A stretch of DNA of 58,510 nt from an uncultured Verrucomicrobiota bacterium (GTDB taxonomy: Bacteria > Verrucomicrobiota > Kiritimatiellia > RFP12 > UBA1067). Positions 1 through 7,775 of this stretch are shown piece by piece. The DNA is taken from positions 1 to 58,510 of the forward strand of contig CAMAHK010000005.1 in the NCBI GenBank assembly GCA_945834475.1. Direction: 5' to 3'. A model generated the notes under the pieces. The model did not search any database. It was not told where the DNA came from and saw nothing but the letters and a program-made list of their open reading frames with translations. Position numbers and translations under genes: made by a program. The first letter of the stretch is position 1; every line of letters starts with the position of its first letter.

Positions 1-720
1 GCGCTCGCGAAGACCGTGATGTTCGTCCACACGGCCGCCGACCCGACGGTCGAGTGCATGCTCGTCCCGGATGTCTCGCTCGCGGTCGCCGAGAAGTTCG
101 CGCTCAAGGGCAAGGACGTCCTCGTCCTTTTGACGGACATGACCTCGTTCGCGGACGCGATGAAGGAAATCGCGATCACGATGGAACAGATTCCCTCGAA
201 CCGCGGCTATCCTGGCGACCTCTACTCGCAGCTCGCCTCGCGTTACGAGAAGGCCGTCGACTTCGACGGCGCGGGCTCGATCACGATTCTCGCCGTCACG
301 ACGATGCCGGGCGACGACGTCACGCACCCGGTGCCGGACAACACGGGCTACATCACCGAAGGCCAGTTCTACCTCAAGAACGGACGCATCGAGCCGTTCG
401 GCTCGCTCTCGCGTCTGAAACAGCAGGTCAACAAGAACACGCGCGAAGACCACCGCACGGTGATGGACGCGATGATCAAACTCTACGCCCAGTACAAGGA
501 AACGGTCGAGAAGCAGTCCATGGGCTTCAAGATGTCCGACTGGGATTTGAAGCTCCTGACCTACGGCAAGGACTTCGAGAAGTCGATGATGGACCTTTCG
601 GTCAACATCCCGCTCGAAGAGGCCCTCGACCTCGGCTGGAAGATCCTCGCGAAGAACTTCGACAAGGGCGAAGTGGGCATCCCCTCCAAGCTCTCCGACA
701 AGTTCTGGCCCAAGGCCTAA
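1..720 (+). CDS. ntpB: V/A-type ATP synthase subunit B, 5'-truncated by window edge
   Basis: Motifs [54 protein letters not shown]; frame open from the window start. Confidence 0.93.
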   Translation, partial: ALAKTVMFVHTAADPTVECMLVPDVSLAVAEKFALKGKDVLVLLTDMTSFADAMKEIAITMEQIPSNRGYPGDLYSQLASRYEKAVDFDGAGSITILAVTTMPGDDVTHPVPDNTGYITEGQFYLKNGRIEPFGSLSRLKQQVNKNTREDHRTVMDAMIKLYAQYKETVEKQSMGFKMSDWDLKLLTYGKDFEKSMMDLSVNIPLEEALDLGWKILAKNFDKGEVGIPSKLSDKFWPKA

Positions 721-784
721 AGAGGAAGCGACAAAGAATAAGCGACAAAGGGGAAGCGACCTCCAGGTCGCTTATTAGAAAGCC

Positions 785-820
785 AAGACGCCATCACCAG
801 CAAGTGATGGCGTTTCTTTA
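785..820 (+). terminator. Intrinsic terminator after ATPase B
   Basis: ACGCCATCAC-cagcaa-GTGATGGCGT hairpin followed by TTCTTTA. Confidence 0.75.
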
Positions 821-823
821 TCT

Positions 824-853
824 CCAACGGGGGCGAGGCACTCCTGCCTCGCC
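824..853 (+). repeat. REP-like palindrome, CTCC-loop family
   Basis: CCAACGGG-GGCGAGGCA-ctcc-TGCCTCGCC; related copy at 42906-42938. Confidence 0.6.
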
Positions 854-948
854 ACAATGAACGCCAACCTCCCACCCAGCCGGACAATCTGACACACTCC
901 GCGCCAATTTGGCCCGAAGGTGTCCCGCTTTTCGGGCATTTAGGCGCT

Positions 949-964
949 TGGCACGGAGTTTACT
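949..964 (+). promoter_or_regulatory. Putative sigma54 (-24/-12) promoter of the hsp20 pair
   Basis: TGGCAC-GGAGT-TTACT versus consensus TGGCAC-N5-TTGCW (one mismatch), about 40 nt upstream of ATG. Confidence 0.45.
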
Positions 965-1004
965 TCTCCGTTGGTGACGATTTCAAAAGAAAGGAAACAC
1001 CAAC

Positions 1005-1403
1005 ATGAACACACTGATCAACATGAATCCCTGGGCGCTTCTGGACGAGCTCTTCGACACGCAGAGCCGGACAAGCCGGTTCGTGAGGGCTCACGCGGCG
1101 GGACGTTTTCCGCCGGCCAACGTCTATCTCGACGACCACGCGGTGATGATCGACCTGGAGCTTCCGGGGCGCACCGCCGCCGACGTCGACCTCACGCTTG
1201 AGGCGCAGGCGATCACGATCGCCGACAAGAAGCCGAAAGCCGAGGGCGCGGAGCAACCCGATCCGCCCGCCTGGAGCCGCCGCCTGGAGCTCCCCTTCCG
1301 TGTCAACATCGAGAAGGCCAACGCCAAGTTCACCAACGGCATCCTCCGCATCGAGCTTCCGAAGGCCGAGGCGGCGGGCGTCCGCAAGATCACCATTCAG
1401 TAA
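1005..1403 (+). CDS. Hsp20/alpha-crystallin family small heat shock protein
   Basis: FPPANVY, ELPG, AKFTNGILRIELPK, C-terminal KITIQ (IxI motif); SD AAGGA. Confidence 0.9.
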   Translation: MNTLINMNPWALLDELFDTQSRTSRFVRAHAAGRFPPANVYLDDHAVMIDLELPGRTAADVDLTLEAQAITIADKKPKAEGAEQPDPPAWSRRLELPFRVNIEKANAKFTNGILRIELPKAEAAGVRKITIQ

Positions 1404-1423
1404 TTTCAGAAAGGAAGACGATC

Positions 1424-1759
1424 ATGAACGAAGAGAAATTCGTGGTTCCCGCAGCGACCCTAGCCGAACAGCCCAACGCCTACGAGCTGAAGGTCGAAGT
1501 CCCCGGCATTGCAAAAGAGGATGCCGAACTGCATATGGACGGCAAGACGCTCTCGCTGAAGACGAAGGCAAAGTTCCAGAATCCGGCCGGCTTCCGCCAG
1601 GTCGCCGCCGAGTTCGAGCACTGCAACTACGCGATCAGCATCGATCTCCCGGAAATGGCCGATCCGGCCACCCTCACGGCCAAGCTCGAAAACGGCGTCC
1701 TCACCGTCGCCATCAAGAAGCGCGCCGAATCTCAACCCCAGAAGATCGAAATCCTCTAA
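1424..1759 (+). CDS. Hsp20/alpha-crystallin family small heat shock protein (short)
   Basis: VEVPGIAKED, AKLENGVLTVAIKK, C-terminal KIEIL. Confidence 0.88.
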   Translation: MNEEKFVVPAATLAEQPNAYELKVEVPGIAKEDAELHMDGKTLSLKTKAKFQNPAGFRQVAAEFEHCNYAISIDLPEMADPATLTAKLENGVLTVAIKKRAESQPQKIEIL

Positions 1760-1791
1760 GCTCGCCCTTAACTCCCAAGGAGCCAAGACAC

Positions 1792-1820
1792 AGAAGAGGA
1801 GGCGCCTCGCCTCCTCTTCC
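1792..1820. terminator. Hairpin between convergent hsp20 and galM (probable terminator)
   Basis: GAAGAGGAGGCG-cct-CGCCTCCTCTTC. Confidence 0.55.
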
Positions 1821-1824
1821 AACG

Positions 1825-2976
1825 TTACTTCGCCGAAAAACGGTATTCGGTCGTCGAGCGGAAAGTCTCGCCCGGACGCAGCACCGTCGTCGGGAAATCG
1901 GGACGGTTCGGCGAATCGGGATAATGCTGGGTCTCGAGCGCCATACCGGCAAATTGGCAAAGCGTCTTGCCGGCCTCCTTCGCCGGAAGATCCGTCGTCA
2001 TGTTCTGTGCGCCGTACATCTGCATGCAGGGCTCGGTCGTCCAGACCTCGACGCGGCGGCCCGAAACGGGGTCTTCCATCGTCGCGGCGGGATGCAGCTC
2101 GCCCATCTTGCCGTTCAGGACGAAGTTGTGGTCGTACCAGTTGTCCGTGCAGGCCAGCGACGCCTGCGCCGCCATCCAGTCGGCCTTCGCGTCGATCGGA
2201 CGCATCTCGCGGAAGTCGAAGCCCGTGCCCTCGACCGCGGCATTCTGCGTCGGAATCAGCCCCGCGTCCGTCTGCGTGTACTGATCGGCGAAGATCTGGA
2301 GGTTCTGCTTGAGGACATTGCCGCTCGCCTCGCCCGCCATGTTCCAGTAGGAATGGTGTGTGAGATTGATGACCGTCGGCTTGTCGGTCGTCGCCTCATA
2401 GTCGACGCGCCATGTGTTGCCGCGAACCGTGTAGGTCACTTTCGCCGTCACCGTTCCCGGGAAGCCCATGTCGCCGTCAGGCGAGACAAGCGTGAAGACG
2501 ACGCCCTTCTCGGCGTGGCCCTTCTTGAACGGCTCCGCCTTCCAGACCTTCGTATCCCAACCGTCCGGGCCCGCATGCAGGTTGCAATGACGCGGCGCCG
2601 GCTTCGTCTCGTTGAGGGCGAGCTGGTACTCCGTCCCGTCAATCGAGAACTTGCCGTCCTTGATGCGGTTGCCGAAGCGGCCGATCAGCGTACCCATCGA
2701 GAAGCCGAGCGTCTCGTACTCGCCGACCGTATTCCAGCCGAGCGTGACATCCGCAGTCTTGCCGTTGCGGTCAGGCGCGAAGCACTTGACGAGGCGTCCG
2801 CCGAAGTCCGAGACAACTAGCTTAAGGTCTCCGCCGGCCTGGATCGTGTAGAGATGCGCAGCTTCGCCAAACTTGGTCGTCCCCCAGTCCACGGCCCGCG
2901 GCACAGAGCACTTGCAATCACACCAACACCCGGCAAACAAACCCGCCACGACAACAGAAAGAATCTTAATATCCAT
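1825..2976 (-). CDS. galM: Aldose 1-epimerase (galactose mutarotase), probable lipoprotein
   Basis: GRFGNRI, LHAGPDGW, NLTHHSYWN, YDHNF, ALETQHYPDSPN; start re-called at MDIKILSVVVAGLFAGC (lipobox-like). Confidence 0.9.
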   Translation of the reverse strand: MDIKILSVVVAGLFAGCWCDCKCSVPRAVDWGTTKFGEAAHLYTIQAGGDLKLVVSDFGGRLVKCFAPDRNGKTADVTLGWNTVGEYETLGFSMGTLIGRFGNRIKDGKFSIDGTEYQLALNETKPAPRHCNLHAGPDGWDTKVWKAEPFKKGHAEKGVVFTLVSPDGDMGFPGTVTAKVTYTVRGNTWRVDYEATTDKPTVINLTHHSYWNMAGEASGNVLKQNLQIFADQYTQTDAGLIPTQNAAVEGTGFDFREMRPIDAKADWMAAQASLACTDNWYDHNFVLNGKMGELHPAATMEDPVSGRRVEVWTTEPCMQMYGAQNMTTDLPAKEAGKTLCQFAGMALETQHYPDSPNRPDFPTTVLRPGETFRSTTEYRFSAK

Positions 2977-3022
2977 TGTCCACCTCCACCTCTTTTCTCC
3001 ACCTATCTCTCCACCTATCTCC
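2971..3022 (+). repeat. Dispersed CCACCT/CAACCT-type repeat overlapping galM RBS/start
   Basis: TCCATTGTCCACCTCCACCTC...CTCCACCTATCT x2. Confidence 0.6.
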
Positions 3023-3026
3023 GCAA

Positions 3027-3659
3027 TCACGCCTTGAGCGTACCGAACGGCGAGAGCGTCGTGCCCGGCGCGACGTCCTTCAGAACGGGCGTACCGCACG
3101 CGACGATCGCGCCCTTGCCGACGGTCATGCCCGGCGCGGTGCAGCTGTTCGTACCCATGAAGACATCGTCTTTGATCTTCGTGTGGCCCGAAAGCGAAAC
3201 GCCCGGCGCGATGTTCGCGAAGTCGCCGACGACCGAGTCGTGGCCGACGCCCGCACGCGCGTTGATGATGACGAACTTGCCGATCTCCGTGCCGACCGAG
3301 ACGACCGCCTCGCAGGCGATGTACGTGCCATGCTTGAACTCGGTCGTCGGTGAGACCTGCGCCGAGGGATCGATCAGCGCCGGGAAGTCATGTCCGCGCA
3401 GCTGCGCATAGATTTTCCGACGGATCGCATTGTCGCCAATGGCGATGAAAACGGACGCGCCCGGATGATCCTTCGACGCCTTCTCGATCGAGCCGAGCAT
3501 CGGGTAGCCCTCGAAATTGCCCGTCGCCTTCTTCGGATCGTCGTCCGCAAAGCCGATCACGTTCCACTGCGGCTGCTGCGACGCCTTGTTGATGCGCTCG
3601 ACGGTCCACACCGCTTCACGTCCGAACCCACCAGCGCCAACAACGAACAGATCTCTCAT
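3027..3659 (-). CDS. Sugar O-acetyltransferase, NeuD/PglD family
   Basis: VVGAGGFGRE, FIAIGDNAIR, hexapeptide repeats (VGHDSVVGDFANIAPG); SD AGGAG. Confidence 0.88.
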   Translation of the reverse strand: MRDLFVVGAGGFGREAVWTVERINKASQQPQWNVIGFADDDPKKATGNFEGYPMLGSIEKASKDHPGASVFIAIGDNAIRRKIYAQLRGHDFPALIDPSAQVSPTTEFKHGTYIACEAVVSVGTEIGKFVIINARAGVGHDSVVGDFANIAPGVSLSGHTKIKDDVFMGTNSCTAPGMTVGKGAIVACGTPVLKDVAPGTTLSPFGTLKA

Positions 3660-3692
3660 GAGGTTTCTCCTTAGGAATGATTTGAGGATTAG

Positions 3693-3701
3693 ATTATACC
3701 A
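3693..3701 (-). promoter_or_regulatory. Extended -10 promoter (TGGTATAAT)
   Basis: Exact TGnTATAAT upstream of the acetyltransferase; the motif recurs at many operon starts in this window. Confidence 0.6.
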
Positions 3702-3738
3702 TACTTTCGCGACCAAATGTTCAGGACCGACGGACGGC

Positions 3739-5571
3739 TCACGGTTGACTCGCCGAGAACGAGAGACCACTCACTTCGCGCGGATGGTCACTTGAGCCCT
3801 CGACGGGCACGAACGTGCCGATCCACTTCCAGCCACCCTTCTTCGGCAGCGTCAGCTTGACGTGGTTGACACCCTTCTTGAGATGGATCGGCGTCGGGGC
3901 ACGATACCAGTAATCCTCGTCGACAAGCGGCGTTTCCTTCGGATTCCCGCCGACGCCGGGATGCGTCCAGTCGGGCGGCGGAATCGGAACGCCGTTCAGC
4001 TCGACCGTCGCGCCGTGCTTGTTCCACTGGCCGCGCTTCGGCGTCGGCGCGTCGCGGCTGCGCCCGTCGGACCGCGAGAAGCCCGTCATGCCGATCCATG
4101 CGCCGCAGTCGATTTCCCTCGGCGCCGTGATCCAGGTCTCGAGTACCGCCATGCCGTCCCCCTTCGGCCAATAGGCGCCCTGCGGATACCAGAAGTGACG
4201 CGGCGAGACCGTCGCCTGGGGAATGTCCGTCGCGACCACCGACCCGTCGGCGCCGTTCGTCATCTGCCACCGCATCGCCGTCTGGGCGACATAGGGAAAA
4301 GGATGCTTCAGGTTCGTCAGCACCCTGTCGCGCTGCGCGAGGAGTCGCCGCTCGAGATCGACCACCACCGCAAAGCGTGGATCGCTCGGATGCGGCAACC
4401 GTCCGTAGAGGTCGGACGCATCCTTTTCGCGTCCGCGCCAAAAGTTGTCCGCGAGTAGCGCCACGGCCGGGTAGACGAAGTTCATCCGCGCGACGTCCTC
4501 CGTCTCGGCGATCGCATCGTCGTGCCAGACGCACATCATCGCCCCGAGCTTCTCCTCGGGTGCGCCCCAGCGGCAGGGCTGCTGATAGGCGGCGACGCCT
4601 AGGATCTCCTCCGCGTCGACGTGGTTGACGTAGTAGAGGTTCTGCGAGTCGATGTAGCCGCACCGGTCACCACGCGGATCGGTCGCGCCACGCCAGAGGT
4701 GCTTGATGCCCTGTCCCGGCAGGCGGAGTCCCGGCGACCAGCCCATCAGCGTACGGCCGTGGCCCGTCACCTTGTTCGCCCAATAGTCGAGATGGCCCTG
4801 CGGCACCTTCTCGCCCGGCTCACGCGCCTCGTCCGTCCCAAGATGGATGATCGGTAGGTCCTCCTGCGGCAACAGTTCGCAGAGCTCGTCGATGAGGTCG
4901 CCGAGCATCACTTTCGCCTCTTCCGTCGCAAGCGTCTTGAAGCCCGTCGCCTTGCGGAACGCGAGGGTGTGTCCCGGCATGTCGAGCTCGACGATCACCG
5001 TGATGCCGCGCTTCTTCGCGTAGGCGACCGTCTCGCGGACCTCCCGCTGCGTGTAGAACTTGCCGACCTGACGCGAAAACGCCTTGTCGGCCTGCAGTTC
5101 GGGATGCCGCTTGGACTCGAGTCGCCAGCCGTAGTCGTCGGTGATGTGCCAATGGAAGACGTTCAGCTTGTACTTCGCCATGTGGTCCATCAGGTCGCGG
5201 ATCGACTCGACGGACTGGTAGTTGCGTCCGCAGTCGAGCATCACCCCGCGATACCTGAACGCCGGCCAGTCGCAGATCGTGCAGTCGGGGACAGTCCCCT
5301 TGCCGGCGAGCTTCTTGAGCTGTCCGAACGTGACGCGCGCGTAGCGCTGCCCTTCCGCATCGCCCGAGACACTCGGCCGCCCATTCTTGACACGCAGACA
5401 ATACGCGCCTGCTGAATCGTGCGCCGCGAGTTTCGGCTGCACGTCCGCACTTCGCGCCACGAATCGCGGCACGGGCAGGAGTTCGTCTAGACAATCCGCC
5501 CGCAGTGCCACCGCCGTCAGCGCGACGAGCAGTCCAAGCAAAACGCGGCAGGTGCACTTCACGGTCATCAT
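3739..5571 (-). CDS. Beta-N-acetylhexosaminidase, GH20, secreted
   Basis: DWPAFRYRGVMLDCGRNY, LNVFHWHITDDYGWR, ELDMPGH, IHLGTDE catalytic motif; N-terminal signal peptide. Confidence 0.88.
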   Translation of the reverse strand: MMTVKCTCRVLLGLLVALTAVALRADCLDELLPVPRFVARSADVQPKLAAHDSAGAYCLRVKNGRPSVSGDAEGQRYARVTFGQLKKLAGKGTVPDCTICDWPAFRYRGVMLDCGRNYQSVESIRDLMDHMAKYKLNVFHWHITDDYGWRLESKRHPELQADKAFSRQVGKFYTQREVRETVAYAKKRGITVIVELDMPGHTLAFRKATGFKTLATEEAKVMLGDLIDELCELLPQEDLPIIHLGTDEAREPGEKVPQGHLDYWANKVTGHGRTLMGWSPGLRLPGQGIKHLWRGATDPRGDRCGYIDSQNLYYVNHVDAEEILGVAAYQQPCRWGAPEEKLGAMMCVWHDDAIAETEDVARMNFVYPAVALLADNFWRGREKDASDLYGRLPHPSDPRFAVVVDLERRLLAQRDRVLTNLKHPFPYVAQTAMRWQMTNGADGSVVATDIPQATVSPRHFWYPQGAYWPKGDGMAVLETWITAPREIDCGAWIGMTGFSRSDGRSRDAPTPKRGQWNKHGATVELNGVPIPPPDWTHPGVGGNPKETPLVDEDYWYRAPTPIHLKKGVNHVKLTLPKKGGWKWIGTFVPVEGSSDHPREVSGLSFSASQP

Positions 5572-5582
5572 CCCGCATCCTC

Positions 5583-5999
5583 TCACGCGCGGTATTCCGC
5601 GCAGCTGTCCGCCGTTTCCCAGACCCTGACCGACGCGATCTGCGACGGCGCGGCAATCCGCGGGGCGAGGAGTTCGTGAAAGTACTTCGCGAGGTTCTCG
5701 GCCGTGGAACGGAACGGAATCGCGACGGTGCGCATGCCGTTCTTCTCGACGACCGCAGCGATCTCACATTCGCCGGCGGACGCGGTGTTGTAGATGAACG
5801 CGTGGTCGAACTTCTCGCAAATCACCTCGGTCGCGAGGTTCTTCAGCTCCTTGAAGTCGATGACCATGTCACGTGATTCGTCCCCGACCACCGACACGTC
5901 GACCCGATAGGTGTGTCCATGCAGGTTCTTGCAGAGCCCCTGATGGTTCGTGAGAATATGCGCCGCGTCAAACTTAACCGTCTTCGTTACCGTTGTCAT
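5583..5999 (-). CDS. queD: 6-carboxy-5,6,7,8-tetrahydropterin synthase
   Basis: FDAAH, CKNLHGHTY, MVIDF, STAENLA, VWET. Confidence 0.9.
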   Translation of the reverse strand: MTTVTKTVKFDAAHILTNHQGLCKNLHGHTYRVDVSVVGDESRDMVIDFKELKNLATEVICEKFDHAFIYNTASAGECEIAAVVEKNGMRTVAIPFRSTAENLAKYFHELLAPRIAAPSQIASVRVWETADSCAEYRA

Positions 6000-6006
6000 A
6001 AGTCGT

Positions 6007-6015
6007 ATTATAGCA
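6007..6015 (-). promoter_or_regulatory. Extended -10 promoter, leaderless configuration for queD
   Basis: TGCTATAAT 7 nt before ATG, no SD. Confidence 0.6.
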
Positions 6016-6024
6016 AATCACCCC

Positions 6025-6387
6025 TTATCGCTCGACGATGCGTCCGGAACCTTCGCGGTTCTCGTAATCGAGCAGGTAGCCCGAGAGCTGGCGGAGCGGG
6101 GCATTCGCCGACGAGAGCGTCGGCGTTTCCGGCGTTGCAAGCCCCACGACCGCGACACGCGTCGTGCCGGCCGTCACGACCGAGTAGGCGGGGAACACCG
6201 CCTCGCCCCTCGCGCGAAGCCGATCCCGATACGCAGCGACCTGCGCATAGGCAAGTGCCCCCTTCCGACCGATCTTCCCGTGAATGTCGTTCGTGTGAAG
6301 AATAGTCACCCGTCCCCCAAAGGAAACGAGTGACCACACCGCGACGATCAGTCCCCAAAAGACTTTACATCCACTCTTCAACTTCAA
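6025..6387 (-). pseudogene. Collapsed 5'-nucleotidase/metallophosphoesterase remnant
   Basis: Signal peptide + VTILHTNDIHG + PAYSVV..RVAVVGLATPET, but no DxGD or GNHEFD motifs; only 120 aa. Confidence 0.6.
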
Positions 6388-6403
6388 CTCCCGACTTCAA
6401 CTA
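6369..6403 (+). repeat. Dispersed CAACTT-type repeat
   Basis: TCCACTCTTCAACTTCAACTCCCGACTTCAACT; near-identical inverted copy inside htpG at about 56532-56564. Confidence 0.65.
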
Positions 6404-7114
6404 TTTCTTGCGCCCGAAGAACCTGAGCAGGTAGAGGAAGAGGTTGACGAAATCGAGGTAGAGGGCCAGTGCGTCCATGATGCCGACCTTCTGCAGAGAT
6501 TCCGAATCCATCGTCCCTTCCGCCGCGGCCATCTGCTTGATCTTCTGCGCGTCGTACATCGTCAGGCCCGAGAAAATTGCGATGCCCGCGAAGGTGATCA
6601 GCGTCTCGAGTCCCGTCGAATGCCAGAAGATGCCGACGACCATCGCAAGGATGAGTCCCCAGAGCGCCATGCCGCAAATCGAGCCGACGGACGAGAGATC
6701 GCCCTTTGTGAACGTCCCCCAGAGTGCCAACCCGCCGAACATGCCGGCCGTGATGAAGAAGACCTTCTGCACGAGCGCAAGTTCGTAGGCGATGAAGACA
6801 ACCGAGAGCGTGAGTCCGTTCACCGCGGCGTAAGCGGCGAAAAGAAGATAGGCGACCGCGGTCGGGAGCTTCCCGATCGCGGCGCTCAGCACGAAGACAA
6901 GCGCCAGCTCGGCAATGATGCAAATCGTAAAGCCGCCGCCCGTCAGGATGCGCTCCCAGAGTCCGCTCGTCCACGTGTACCACGCGACAAGGCCCGAGAG
7001 CGCCAACCCGCCGGCCATCCAACCGTAGACAATCTTGAAGACCGAGGCGACGGCGGTCGTCTGACGCGCCGTCTGATATCCCGGATTACCGAACTGCTTC
7101 TCGAAATCAATCAT
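6401..7114 (-). CDS. Bax inhibitor-1/YccA family membrane protein
   Basis: About 7 hydrophobic segments, YDAQKIK, ALALYLDFVNLFLYLLRFFG. Confidence 0.9.
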   Translation of the reverse strand: MIDFEKQFGNPGYQTARQTTAVASVFKIVYGWMAGGLALSGLVAWYTWTSGLWERILTGGGFTICIIAELALVFVLSAAIGKLPTAVAYLLFAAYAAVNGLTLSVVFIAYELALVQKVFFITAGMFGGLALWGTFTKGDLSSVGSICGMALWGLILAMVVGIFWHSTGLETLITFAGIAIFSGLTMYDAQKIKQMAAAEGTMDSESLQKVGIMDALALYLDFVNLFLYLLRFFGRKK

Positions 7115-7137
7115 CTCCTACCTCCACCTCAACCTCG

Positions 7138-7599
7138 TCACTGAACCATGACAGTACGCTGCTCGTAATGGCCGGGCTGCCAGACGCGGACAACCGTGCC
7201 GTTGGCCTGAACCTGATCGACGTAGCGTCCCTCGACCCAGACGTTCTGCACCGTCGTGACCGGCTGCTGGACGACCTGCTGCACCACGGGCTGCTGAACG
7301 ACCACGGGCTGCTGCACGACGACAGGCTGCGTCACCACGGTCGGCGTCGTCACGACAGTCGTCGAACGCGAGACAACGACGGGATCCGAGAACGCGCTGT
7401 AGGCGATTCCGCCGACAACGCCGCCGACGAACCCACCCCAGAAACCGTTGTGACCACGGTGGTGGTGGTGATGGTGAGACATGTGGTGCATCGGCATGTG
7501 ATGCGGCATCGGACGAGGACCGAAGCCGTGACGAGGTCCCGCGAAGGCACCGGCGGAGAGGGCGACGACGCCCAGAAGTGCAATGAGTTTCTTGTTCAT
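7138..7599 (-). CDS. Secreted His-rich, Val/Gln/Pro-rich hypothetical protein with YXWGXW-like repeats
   Basis: Signal peptide MNKKLIALLGVVALSAGAFA, His run, VVVQQP repeats, WVEGRY and WQPGHYE; SD AAGGA. Confidence 0.7.
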   Translation of the reverse strand: MNKKLIALLGVVALSAGAFAGPRHGFGPRPMPHHMPMHHMSHHHHHHRGHNGFWGGFVGGVVGGIAYSAFSDPVVVSRSTTVVTTPTVVTQPVVVQQPVVVQQPVVQQVVQQPVTTVQNVWVEGRYVDQVQANGTVVRVWQPGHYEQRTVMVQ

Positions 7600-7671
7600 G
7601 TTACGTTTTCCTTTCTGCCGAGCAAGGAAAGCCAGCCGACAAAATCTGACAAACTTTTTTAGCTGACTCAC

Positions 7672-7701
7672 ATTATATCAAATCCGCGACTATGGTATAA
7701 T
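7672..7701. promoter_or_regulatory. Back-to-back extended -10 promoters (minus 7672-7680, plus 7693-7701)
   Basis: TGATATAAT on minus and TGGTATAAT on plus between divergent genes. Confidence 0.6.
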
Positions 7702-7717
7702 ACTATTTTGTCGGCAT

Positions 7718-7753
7718 CCCCGTACCGCGAGCCGTCCTCGGCCGCGGCGTCTC
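7718..7753 (+). repeat. REP-like palindrome, CGTACCGCG family, in nadA 5' UTR
   Basis: CCCCGTACCGCGAGCCGTCCTCGGCCGCGGCGTCTC; homologous to copies at 17762, 17822, 20434, 20506. Confidence 0.7.
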
Positions 7754-7775
7754 CCAGCAATAAATCTGACATAAA

